The translations under genes were made by a program, and so were the position numbers. Source: Laetmonice hystrix (Eukaryota). From it: DNA of 64,000 nucleotides. This document shows positions 52,515 through 64,000 of the stretch, piece by piece. The stretch lies in contig OZ249436.1 in assembly GCA_965235115.1 (NCBI GenBank), forward strand, positions 496,001 to 560,000, in the 5' to 3' direction. Position 1 is the first letter of the stretch; each line of letters opens with the position of its first letter. Below the pieces are notes generated by a model. The model saw only the letters and a program-made list of their open reading frames with translations. It searched no databases and was not told where the DNA came from.

Positions 52515-55500
52515 TGTTCCTCGCTTCTCCTCCAGTACGTAATGACCTTCATCATCACACAATGTCATAACAGTTGGTGTCCTTGTGTTCCTCGCTTCTC
52601 CTCCAGTACGTAATGACCTTCATATACACGATGTCATAACAGTTGGCGTCCTTGTGTTCCTCGCTTCTCCTCCAGTACGTAATGACCTTCATCATCACAC
52701 AATGTCATAACAGTTGGCGTCCTTGTGTTCCTCGCTTCTCCTCCAGTACGTAATGACCTTCATATACACAATGTCATAACAGTTGGCGTCCTTGTGTTCC
52801 TCGCTTCTCCTCCAGTACGTAATGACCTTCATCATCACACAATGTCATAACAGTTGGCGTCCTTGTGTTCCTCGCTTCTCCTCCAGTACGTAATGACCTT
52901 CATATACACGATGTCATAACAGTTGACGTCCTTGTGTTCCTCGCTTCTCCTCCAGTACGTAATGACCTCCATCATCACACAATGTCATAACAGTTGGCGT
53001 CCTTGTGTTCCTCGCTTCTCCTCCAGTACGTAATGACCTTCATATACACGATGTCATAACAGTTGGCGTCCTTGTGTTCCTCGCTTCTCCTCCAGTACGT
53101 AATGACCTCCGTCATCACACAATGTCATAACAGTTGGTGTCCTTGTGTTCCTCGCTTCTCCTCCAGTACGTAATGACCTCCGTCATCACACAATGTCATA
53201 ACAGTTGGTGTCCTTGTGTTCCTCGCTTCTCCTCCAGTACGTAATGACCTTCATCATCACACAATGTCATAACAGTTGGCGTCCTTGTGTTCCTCGCTTC
53301 TCCTCCAGTACGTAATGACCTTCATCATCACACAATGTCATAACAGTTGGCGTCCTTGTGTTCCTCGCTTCTCCTCCAGTACGTAATGACCTTCATCATC
53401 ACACAATGTCATAACAGTTGGTGTCCTTGTGTTCCTCGCTTCTCCTCCAGTACGTCATGACCTCCATCATCACACAATGTCATAACAGTTGGCGTCCTTG
53501 TGTTCCTCGCTTCTCCTCCAGTACGTAATGACCTTCATATACACAATGTTATAACAGTTGGCGTCCTTGTGTTCCTCGCTTCTCCTCCAGTACGTCATGA
53601 CCTCCATCATCACACAATGTCATAACAGTTGACGTCCTTGTGTTCCTCGCTTCTCCTCCAGTACGTCATGACCTTCATATACACAATGTCATAACAGTTG
53701 GTGTCCTTGTGTTCCTCGCTTCTCCTCCAGTACGTAATGACCTTCATATACACAATGTCATAACAGTTGACGTCCTTGTGTTCCTCGCTTCTCCTCCAGT
53801 ACGTAATGACCTTCATCATCACACAATGTCATAACAGTTGGCGTCCTTGTGTTCCTCGCTTCTCATCCAGTACGTCATGACCTCCATCATCACACAATGT
53901 CATAACAGTTGGCGTCCTTGTGTTCCTCGCTTCTCCTCCAGTACGTAATGACCTTCATCATCACACAATGTCATAACAGTTGGCGTCCTTGTGTTCCTCG
54001 CTTCTCCTCCAGTACGTAATGACCTTCATATACACAATGTCATAACAGTTGGTGTCCTTGTGTTCCTCGCTTCTCCTCCAGTACGTAATGACCTTCATAT
54101 ACACAATGTCATAACAGTTGACGTCCTTGTGTTCCTCGCTTCTCCTCCAGTACGTAATGACCTTCATATACACAATGTCATAACAGTTGGCGTCCTTGTG
54201 TTCCTCGCTTCTCCTCCAGTACGTAATGACCTTCATATACACAATGTCATAACAGTTGGTGTCCTTGTGTTCCTCGCTTCTCCTCCAGTACGTAATGACC
54301 TCCGTCATCACACAATGTCATAACAGTTGGCGTCCTTGTGTTCCTCGCTTCTCCTCCAGTACGTAATGACCTTCATCATCACACAATGTCATAACAGTTG
54401 GTGTCCTTGTGTTCCTCGCTTCTCCTCCAGTACGTAATGACCTTCATATACACAATGTCATAACAGTTGGTGTCCTTGTGTTCCTCGCTTCTCATCCAGT
54501 ACGTAATGACCTTCATCATCACACAATGTCATAACAGTTGGCGTCCTTGTGTTCCTCGCTTCTCCTCCAGTACGTAATGACCTTCATATACACAATGTCA
54601 TAACAGTTGGTGTCCTTGTGTTCCTCGCTTCTCCTCCAGTACGTAATGACCTTCATATACACAATGTCATAACAGTTGGCGTCCTTGTGTTCCTCGCTTC
54701 TCCTCCAGTACGTAATGACCTTCATCATCACACAATGTCATAACAGTTGGCGTCCTTGTGTTCCTCGCTTCTCCTCCAGTACGTAATGACCTCCGTCATC
54801 ACACAATGTCATAACAGTTGGTGTCCTTGTGTTCCTCGCTTCTCCTCCAGTATGTCAAGACCTCCATCATCACACAATGTCATAACAGTTGGTGTCCTTG
54901 TGTTCCTCGCTTCTCCTCCAGTACGTCATGACCTCCATCATCACACAATGTCATAACAGTTGGTGTCCTTGTGTTCCTCGCTTCTCCTCCAGTACGTAAT
55001 GACCTTCATATACACGATGTCATAACAGTTGACGTCCTTGTGTTCCTCGCTTCTCCTCCAGTACGTAATGACCTCCGTCATCACACAATGTCATAACAGT
55101 TGGTGTCCTTGTGTTCCTCGCTTCTCCTCCAGTACGTAATGACCTCCGTCATCACACAATGTCATAACAGTTGGTGTCCTTGTGTTCCTCGCTTCTCATC
55201 CAGTACGTAATGACCTTCATCATCACACAATGTCATAACAGTTGGTGTCCTTGTGTTCCTCGCTTCTCCTCCAGTACGTAATGACCTTCATATACACAAT
55301 GTCATAACAGTTGGTGTCCTTGTGTTCCTCGCTTCTCCTCCAGTACGTAATGACCTTCATATACACAATGTCATAACAGTTGACGTCCTTGTGTTCCTCG
55401 CTTCTCCTCCAGTACGTAATGACCTTCATATACACAATGTCATAACAGTTGGTGTCCTTGTGTTCCTCGCTTCTCATCCAGTACGTAATGACCTTCATCA

Positions 55501-55739
55501 TCACACAATGTCATAACAGTTGGTGTCCTTGTGTTCCTCGCTTCTCCTCCAGTACGTAATGACCTTCATATACACAATGTCATAACAGTTGGTGTCCTTG
55601 TGTTCCTCGCTTCTCCTCCAGTACGTAATGACCTTCATATACACAATGTCATAACAGTTGGTGTCCTTGTGTTCCTCGCTTCTCCTCCAGTACGTAATGA
55701 CCTCCGTCATCACACAATGTCATAACAGTTGGCGTCCTT
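52515..55739. repeat. 69/71-bp minisatellite, ~46 copies
   Basis: Unit TGTTCCTCGCTTCTCCTCCAGTACGTAATGACCTTCAT(CATC/AT)ACACAATGTCATAACAGTTGG(C/T)GTCCTTG. Confidence 0.99.
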
Positions 55740-55798
55740 TGTCCGAAGTCCTACAACATCCCATTCCACTCGAAACGTGCAAATTATAATTATAACCC

Positions 55799-56078
55799 CA
55801 GGCGCGTGTCCAGAGGGGGGGGGGGTCCAGGGGGTCCGGACCCCCCCCCCTGCTCCCACAGTGCATAGATTTTTTCTAAGCATTCCCGCCGTTTTGAACC
55901 CGTTCAGCGATTTTTTCTAAGCATTTCCGCCGTTTTGAACCTGTTGATCGATGAATCTACAAAATAGAATGCCCTAAAATGGCCCCTAAATGGCGGAAAT
56001 CGCGTTTCAGAGTTTCTAATTAAAAAGAAAATCTGAGACCCCCCCCCCCCCCCGCTGAAAATCCTGGACACGTGCCTG
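55799..56078. mobile_element. MITE with 15-bp TIR and near-perfect 5-bp TSD
   Basis: AACCC|CAGGCGCGTGTCCAG ... CTGGACACGTGCCTG|AACCT. Confidence 0.8.
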
Positions 56079-57342
56079 AACCTCATACAGTAAATATTAT
56101 ACAGCGTCTTGCTTTGAAGTCTGTAACATTGTGGACGTTCTGTTGAGTCCTTTTCAACTTTTCAACTGTTTTACAATCCACTATAGTACCACTTGATGAC
56201 GCTCTGCTGGCTTCCTTATATTGTTTGTAAAGAGTACATGGAATACACCACCTAACGGCTTTCCATCCATCGACTTGTTCAGCCTCTACAGCACAGCTTT
56301 CACCAGGGCACAGGGCCTCAGAAAGCGTTCACCACGAGACGAATCATGTCTGTAATCGCCAGTGTTGTCGTACATAGATCACACCGACACCGGATTGGCG
56401 CCTGTGGCGACGCGATATTTCCTGGCGTCAAAACTTGGAACGCGCCGCCTCAGGCAACCGCGTGAGTCTTGCTGTCGCCGAGCGAGGGCGCCACTCGGAG
56501 CTTGGCCCTCATGGTGAAGTCCCGCCTTTGACGTGAAGCTCCTTCAGCGCCTGTCGGAGCCAGTTCGCAAGGAGGGCAAAAACGCATGACATTGAAAACC
56601 TTGAAGTCGGTCCAGGCAAACTCTTCCAAGCAGAACGCCCCATTAAAGTTCCTTTTGGTTCTTAAACTGTATAATCCAATCATAGTAAGTTGAAAAATCA
56701 CCTTTAGTGCTTCACTGTCGGATTATTGACCGATGAAGTAATGATGCCAACCATAATGGGGGTGGGATGGATATAAACGTATTTGTACCAAAGAATGTGA
56801 GTACCTATAATGAAGAACAGAGCAGGTATACACTATTTGACATGTATCCGAGCTTTTCACACTCCACACCACATCAATAATTTCGATAAGTAGGGTAGGA
56901 TCTGGCCCATTGTAAAATTATCGAGATACTTGTAGCAATGGCAATGAAAAAATATAGAGCTGGAAAATCAAACATTTGGTAGGTTTGAATGTTATACTAT
57001 TGGTATCAGTACATGTGTGCGAGGAGGGCTGATGTCTGTTGCTATGGAGACTGGACAGGTCAGACCTATACATGGTTCATCACCGGAAGTGTGGCAGATG
57101 ACATTTCTGCGGACGACATAGAGAACAGGTGTAAGATCGTCCATGTTTGTGGTGGTTGGGATGGCGGGGGGACATCCGCTATCGGAACACTGGCAGCAAC
57201 ACTAAAGCCAGGAAACCTTTTCGGTCAGGCCAATATAACTGAAATATAAATTTGCTTATACTAGGAAGTGCTTTCCTCTTTATTTTGTCTATAACTCGGA
57301 TCATTCAGTACGTTGCTCTCCGAGAAGGTGTGTGGAAAATGA

Positions 57343-58896
57343 AACCACTATAATTATTACTTTTAATATGTCAGGAAATACTCGTGGTGTAACCAGTAAT
57401 TATTACTTTTAATATGTCAGGAAATACTCGTGGTGTAACCACTAATTATTACTTTTAATATGTCAGGAAATACTCGTGGTGTAACCACTAATTATTACTT
57501 TCAATATGTCAGGAAATACTCGTGGTGTAACCACTAATTATTACTTTTAAAATGTCAGGAAATAATCGTGGTGTAACCACTAATTATTACTTTTAATATG
57601 TCAGGAAATACTCGTGGTGTAACCACTAATTATTACTTTTAATATGTCAGGAAATACTAGTGGTGTAACCACTAATTATTACTTTTAATATGTCAGGAAA
57701 TACTCGTGGTGTAACCACTAATTATTACTTTCAATATGTCAGGAAATAATCGTGGTGTAACCACTAATTATTACTTTTAATATGTCAGGAAATAATCGTG
57801 GTGTAACCACTAATTATTACTTTTAATATGTCAGGAAATAATCGTGGTGTAACCACTAATTATTACTTTTAATATGTCAGGAAATACTCGTGGTGTAACC
57901 ACTAATTATTACTTTTAATATGTCAGGAAATAATCGTGGTGTAACCACTAATTATTACTTTTAATATGTCAGGAAATAATCGTGGTGTAACCACTAATTA
58001 TTACTTTTAATATGTCAGGAAATAATCGTGGTGTAACCACTAATTATTACTTTTAATATGTCAGGAAATAATCGTGGTGTAACCACTAATTATTACTTTT
58101 AATATGTCAGGAAATAATCGTGGTGTAACCACTAATTATTACTTTTAGTATGTCAGGAAATAATCGTGGTGTAACCACTAATTATTACTTTTAATATGTC
58201 AGGAAATACTCGTGGTGTAACCACTAATTTTTACTTTCAATATGTCAGGAAATACTCGTGGTGTAACCACTAATTATTACTTTTAATATGTCAGGAAATC
58301 CTCGTGGTGTAACCACTAATTATTACTTTCAATATGTCAGGAAATACTCGTGGTGTAACCACTAATTATTACTTTCAATATGTCAGGAAATACTCGTGGT
58401 GTAACCACTAATTATTACTTTTAATATGTCAGGAAATCCTCGTGGTGTAACCACTAATTATTACTTTTAATATGTCAGGAAATAATCGTGGTGTAACCAC
58501 TAATTATTACTTTTAATATGTCAGGAAATAATCGTGGTGTAACCACTAATTATTACTTTTAATATGTCAGGAAATACTCGTGGTGTAACCACTAATTATT
58601 ACTTTTAATATGTCAGGAAATAATCGTGGTGTAACCACTAATTATTACTTTTAACATGTCAGGAAATACTCGTGGTGTAACCACTAATTATTACTTTTAA
58701 TATGTCAGGAAATAATCGTGGTGTAACCACTAATTATTACTTTTAACATGTCAGGAAATACTCGTGGTGTAACCACTAATTATTACTTTCAATATGTCAG
58801 GAAATACTCGTGGTGTAACCACTAATTATTACTTTCAATATGTCAGGAAATACTCGTGGTGTAACCACTAATTATTACTTTCAATAGGTCAGGAAA
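57343..58896. repeat. 46-bp AT-rich minisatellite, ~34 copies
   Basis: Unit AACCACTAATTATTACTTTTAATATGTCAGGAAATA(C/A)TCGTGGTGT. Confidence 0.99.
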
Positions 58897-60099
58897 CAAT
58901 CTTTTGCCAGACGTACACAGAAAGACTACGGGTATTTGGTATTTAATGAAAGTCAGACTTGAAAGTGACACAGACTTTATGCTGGAATCCATAACCTGGC
59001 ATTATCTCCATATCTTTACTCGGCACTTGGGGTGACAGGAACATGGGGGAAATGCCCGTAAAAACGTCCTGGTCCTTAGCTGAATGAAGGGGCTTTAAAA
59101 CAAAAGACGTCAGCGACGAAGTGACATATCTTCCAGGTCAGTTGGCTGGTGTTGAGACCGACAATAGATGTCAAGATCAGCCATTCCACCATTCGATATG
59201 ACCGCGGCGTGAGCGCCATGCCGTGAAGGTTACAGTAAGATGGATTTTGCCTACAACGCCCTCACTGTTTCGTGTGATTAGACACTTAGTGACGTATATC
59301 ATTCATGGCCGGGCACTGACACCGACGCGGAACGCCGCGGAACGCCCAGCAGACGCAGTCAGCAGACGAGACTCGTACAACGGGCGCCATTTTGAAAGCA
59401 ATTGCTGTATTGCGTGACGCACACCTCCGGGAAAGGAGAAGCTGTGAGTAAAACAGGCGCCAAGCAGGCGACCATAGCAGGGTAACGGCATACAACAGCC
59501 TGGGAAATGATGCAGGGAAACTCGTGGCTACTGAACGCTGAGGAGTTCTACAAGCCCTGGACCCCGGTGGTGGCCTTTCTAAGGTGTCAGTTGGCACGTT
59601 TCTCAAGAGTGTTTGCCACGCTGTAAACGGCAGCGGATCCCGTCTGTAATCCATCTTAGTGTCACACCACACCTCCGTGAATGTTGTACGTCAATAACAC
59701 CAAGATAGATTAACGAAAAGAGTAGCAAAACTAAATACTGATAGGAAAAGATACGCAACAGTTTCTGGAATTAAAGAAAAAAAAAAGTCAACTTCTTTGA
59801 TGCCCTTAACAGCAGTAGGCCGTGTGTAGTCAAACATTTTCTTGTTATCTAAGTCTTTTTTCATGTTACTGTTATTATTTGTTTATTACTGTTAATTATA
59901 AAGTGAAGATCGCAAATAAGTTCAACAAATTGTGTTGCTTTTGTTTTCCAGCATATTTCTTTAACATTTCAGTCTTGTATTGCATGGATCTATGATTTTA
60001 GTTCTGATTAAGGCAGACCTATATTATGGGGAAACCCAGCAGCGCCAAAAATAAATATAAACTCCAAAATAAAAAACACATACATACTAAGTAGGACCT

Positions 60100-60517
60100 A
60101 TATCTATACGCACATACAGGAATCTAATTAAACAACCAAACTGTGATATCTATACGCACATACAGGAATCTAATTAAACAACCAAACTGTGACAGCTATA
60201 CGCACATACAGGAATCTAATTAAACAACCAAACTGTGATATCTATACGCACATACAGGAATCTAATTAAACAACCAAACTGTGATATCTATACGCACATA
60301 CAGGAATCTAATTAAACAACCAAACTGTGATATCTATACGCACATACAGGAATCTAATTAAACAACCAAACTGTGACAGCTATACGCACATACAGGAATC
60401 TAATTAAACAACCAAACTGTGATATCTATACGCACATACAGGAATCTAATTAAACAACCAAACTGTGATATCTATACGCACATACAGGAATCTAATTAAA
60501 CAACCAAACTGTGATAT
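60100..60517. repeat. 46-bp minisatellite, ~9 copies
   Basis: Unit CTATACGCACATACAGGAATCTAATTAAACAACCAAACTGTGATAT. Confidence 0.97.
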
Positions 60518-60770
60518 AATCGGTGTCTTTCGTTTTTGTAAAATGCCATCAAACCTGTAGCACAGAATGTCAGAACTGTAATACATGATAATCAATCAGG
60601 AATATCGGCCATTATATAACGTCAGGCATTCCTGCGACGACAGGCTGCATGCGTATCGCCAAGTTCGAAGATGTTATGTCACAAAGTGGTCTAACATCGA
60701 AGGAATTATATCACGAACGCGTCATGACTATACTCTGTGCTACTCGGATCATGTCAGGCGCCTTCTGGAT

Positions 60771-60893
60771 TAAGTTAATGCCAGCATTAGCCCCTCTAAC
60801 CTTGACGAGATAAGTTAATGCCAGCATTAGCCCCTCTAACCTTGACGAGATAAGTTAATGCCAGCATTAGCCCCTCTAACCTTGACGAGATAA
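60771..60893. repeat. 40-bp tandem repeat, 3 copies
   Basis: TAAGTTAATGCCAGCATTAGCCCCTCTAACCTTGACGAGA x3. Confidence 0.95.
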
Positions 60894-61572
60894 TTAAGTA
60901 TATTACAAGGATGAATACAACCTCCCCAGTTGTTATACAGTCTACAGGGCCCGCAATGTACGACGCTAATTGTGTCTAAATTAGTGGAAACTTCATTTTC
61001 TTGTAATGTACGCAGAAAGGCAGACGGCAGTTTCCTGAGCTAGGTCCCTTTAATATAAACAAGGCGGATCTGGTATTTGAGATGGGGAGAACAGCAAAAG
61101 GAAACATTAACAAGCAAAAAAAATAAGATGGCCCAGAGATTGATGGAGAAGGTCAAAGAGAATTATTAGTTTGTGGGGGTAAAGGAATATTGTGGGGGTA
61201 AAGGAATATTGTGGAGGTAAAGGAATATTAAAGTGTTTGAGTGTGGGGTAGGGGGATCTCGGGATGTGTGTGTGTGTGTGGGGGGGGGGGGGTGGAGGGC
61301 TTGAATCCACCCGCCAAATGCATGCCTTTGGCGGCAACTGTCGGAAGTTAGAGGTGGCGACGTTGCGTTTGTTGAAAGGATGACGTATATTGTGGCGTTC
61401 AGTATACGTCCTTTGTGTGTGTGTCAGTCTGAAGAAGTCCGGAGCCCGTATCTTTGAACTGTCTTCGCCGCGATCAAAGTCTCGGTCCATGCACTTACTC
61501 ACCTCACTCTCACACTTCCCTCCTCGTGCCCGAGAAGTAGAGAGAGATAGTGAGACACAGGGAGAGAAATAT

Positions 61573-61578
61573 GAGAGA

Positions 61579-61619
<41 letters not shown>
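61573..61619. repeat. (GA)n microsatellite
   Basis: Read directly in sequence. Confidence 0.95.
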
Positions 61620-61815
61620 TTGGCGGCGACCCCGAGGCTGACTCAGATTGATAGGGAGTTGGTAATCAGCGAGTTATTAGACAGACCCCAATCCCCTCTG
61701 ATCCATGCGATTTAACACGTAATACATGTACCGACACATGCATGACGGTACTCCCATCCGTCTGAGATTAAACAGGGAAGCCATGTCGTGACCTTTGTGG
61801 ATTTGTAACCATAAA

Positions 61816-64000
61816 ACGGGGAGTGGCTTCCTCTACATGTTCCCGTTAACTGAGACCCACATCCGTGAGTGTATCCACACGGGGAGTGGCTTCCTGCTCC
61901 CGTTAACTGAGACCCACATCAGTGAGTGTATCCACACGGGGAGTGGCTTCCTCTACATGCTCCCGTTAACTGAGACCCACATCAGTGAGTGTATCCACAC
62001 GGGGAGTGGCTTCCTCTACATGTTCCCGTTAACTGAGACCCACATCAGTGAGTGTATCCACACGGGGAGTGGCTTCCTCTACATGTTCCCGTTAACTGAG
62101 ACCCACATCAGTGAGTGTATCCACACGGGGAGTGGCTTCCTCTACATGTTCCCGTTAACTGAGACCCACATCAGTGAGTGTATCCACACGGGGAGTGGCT
62201 TCCTCTACATGTTCCCGTTAACTGAGACCCACATCAGTGAGTGTATCCACACGGGGAGTGGCTTCCTCTACATGTTCCCGTTAACTGAGACCCACATCAG
62301 TGAGTGTATCCACACGGGGAGTGGCTTCCTCTACATGTTCCCGTTAACTGAGACCCACATCAGTGAGTGTATCCACACGGGGAGTGGCTTCCTCTACATG
62401 TTCCCGTTAACTGAGACCCACATCAGTGAGTGTATCCACACGGGGAGTGGCTTCCTCTACATGCTCCCGTTAACTGAGACCCACATCAGTGAGTGTATCC
62501 ACACGGGGAGTGGCTTCCTCTACGTGCTCCCGTTAACTGAGACCCACATCAGTGAGTGTATCCACACGGGGAGTGGCTTCCTCTACATGCTCCCGTTAAC
62601 TGAGACCCACATCAGTGAGTGTATCCACACGGGGAGTGGCTTCCTCTACATGTTCCCGTTAACTGAGACCTACATCAGTGAGTGTATCCACACGGGGAGT
62701 GGCTTCCTCTACATGTTCCCGTTAACTGAGACCCACATCAGTGAGTGTATCCACACGGGGAGTGGCTTCCTCTACATGTTCCCGTTAACTGAGACCCACA
62801 TCAGTGAGTGTATCCACACGGGGAGTGGCTTCCTCTACATGTTCCCGTTAACTGAGACCCACATCAGTGAGTGTATCCACACGGGGAGTGGCTTCCTCTA
62901 CATGTTCCCGTTAACTGAGACCCACATCAGTGAGTGTATCCACACGGGGAGTGGCTTCCTCTACATGTTCCCGTTAACTGAGACCCACATCAGTGAGTGT
63001 ATCCACACGGGGAGTGGCATCCTCTACATGCTCCCGTTAACTGAGACCCACATCAGTGAGTGTATCCACACGGGGAGTGGCTTCATGCTCCCGTTACCTG
63101 AGACCCACATCAGTGAGTGTATCCACACGGGGAGTGGCTTCCTCTACATGTTCCCGTTAACTGAGACCCACATCAGTGAGTGTATCCACACGGGGAGTGG
63201 CTTCCTGCTCCCGTTAACTGAGACCCACATCAGTGAGTGTATCCACACGGGGAGTGGCTTCCTCTACGTGCTCACGTTAACTGAGACCCACATCAGTGAG
63301 TGTATCCACACGGGGAGTGGCTTCCTCTACATGTTCCCGTTAACTGAGACCCACATCAGTGAGTGTATCCACACGGGGAGTGGCTTCCTCTACATGCTCC
63401 CGTTAACTGAGACCCACATCAGTGAGTGTATCCACACGGGGAGTGGCTTCCTCTACATGCTCCCGTTAACTGAGACCCACATCAGTGAGTGTATCCACAC
63501 GGGGAGTGGCTTCCTCTACATGTTCCCGTTAACTGAGACCCACATCAGTGAGTGTATCCACACGGGGAGTGGCTTCCTGCTCCCGTTAACTGAGACCCAC
63601 ATCAGTGAGTGTATCCACAAGGGGAGTGGCTTCCTCTACATGTTCCCGTTAACTGAGACCCACATCAGTGAGTGTATCCACACGGGGAGTGGCTTCCTCT
63701 ACATGCTCCCGTTAACTGAGACCCACATCAGTGAGTGTATCCACACGGGGAGTGGCTTCCTGCTCCCGTTAACTGAGACCCACATCAGTGAGTGTATCCA
63801 CACGGGGAGTGGCTTCCTCTACATGCTCCCGTTAACTGAGACCCACATCAGTGAGTGTATCCACAAGGGGAGTGGCTTCCTCTACATGTTCCCGTTAACT
63901 GAGACCCACATCAGTGAGTGTATCCACACGGGGAGTGGCTTCCTCTACATGTTCCCGTTAACTGAGACCCACATCAGTGAGTGTATCCACACGGGGAGTG
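61816..64000. repeat. 63/57-bp minisatellite, ~35 copies, runs off the right edge
   Basis: Unit GGGGAGTGGCTTCCTCTACATGTTCCCGTTAACTGAGACCCACATCAGTGAGTGTATCCACAC. Confidence 0.99.

Noticed and set aside
58860..59040. Last copy of the 46-bp array has CAATAG where others have AATAT, mimicking an acceptor
   Set aside because: No convincing coding exon follows, and array ends commonly diverge.
18708..64000. CRISPR-like appearance of short repeat arrays
   Set aside because: Units are contiguous without unique spacers, no cas genes, and the context is eukaryotic.

Overview
Repeat-saturated animal (probably invertebrate) genomic window with spliceosomal GT-AG introns; about 41 kb of 64 kb is tandem repeat by my rough sum. 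1-17058 is a ~870-bp satellite (about 20 units, with variant types and recurrent deletions). 18681-32511 (+) is a five-coding-exon gene for a ~147-aa ankyrin-repeat protein, reconstructed by hand from splice sites and reading phase; the ORF track shows only fragments of it. Convergent with it, 39001-37748 (-) is a two-coding-exon ADPRM-like Mn-dependent ADP-ribose/CDP-alcohol diphosphatase (~336 aa) with a likely non-coding first exon and promoter near 40.4-40.5 kb. The rest holds over 20 mutually unrelated minisatellites, several small TIR/TSD-bounded non-autonomous DNA elements and no clear coding sequence. The most unusual signal: three consecutive splice junctions of the ankyrin gene lie inside minisatellite units. 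The exon-1 donor is copied ~37x with GT changed to AT in every extra copy, the exon-2 donor is copied ~80x with GT kept, and the exon-3 acceptor is copied 8x with an in-frame stop after each decoy. Almost all ORFs in the supplied track are repeat-derived artefacts.
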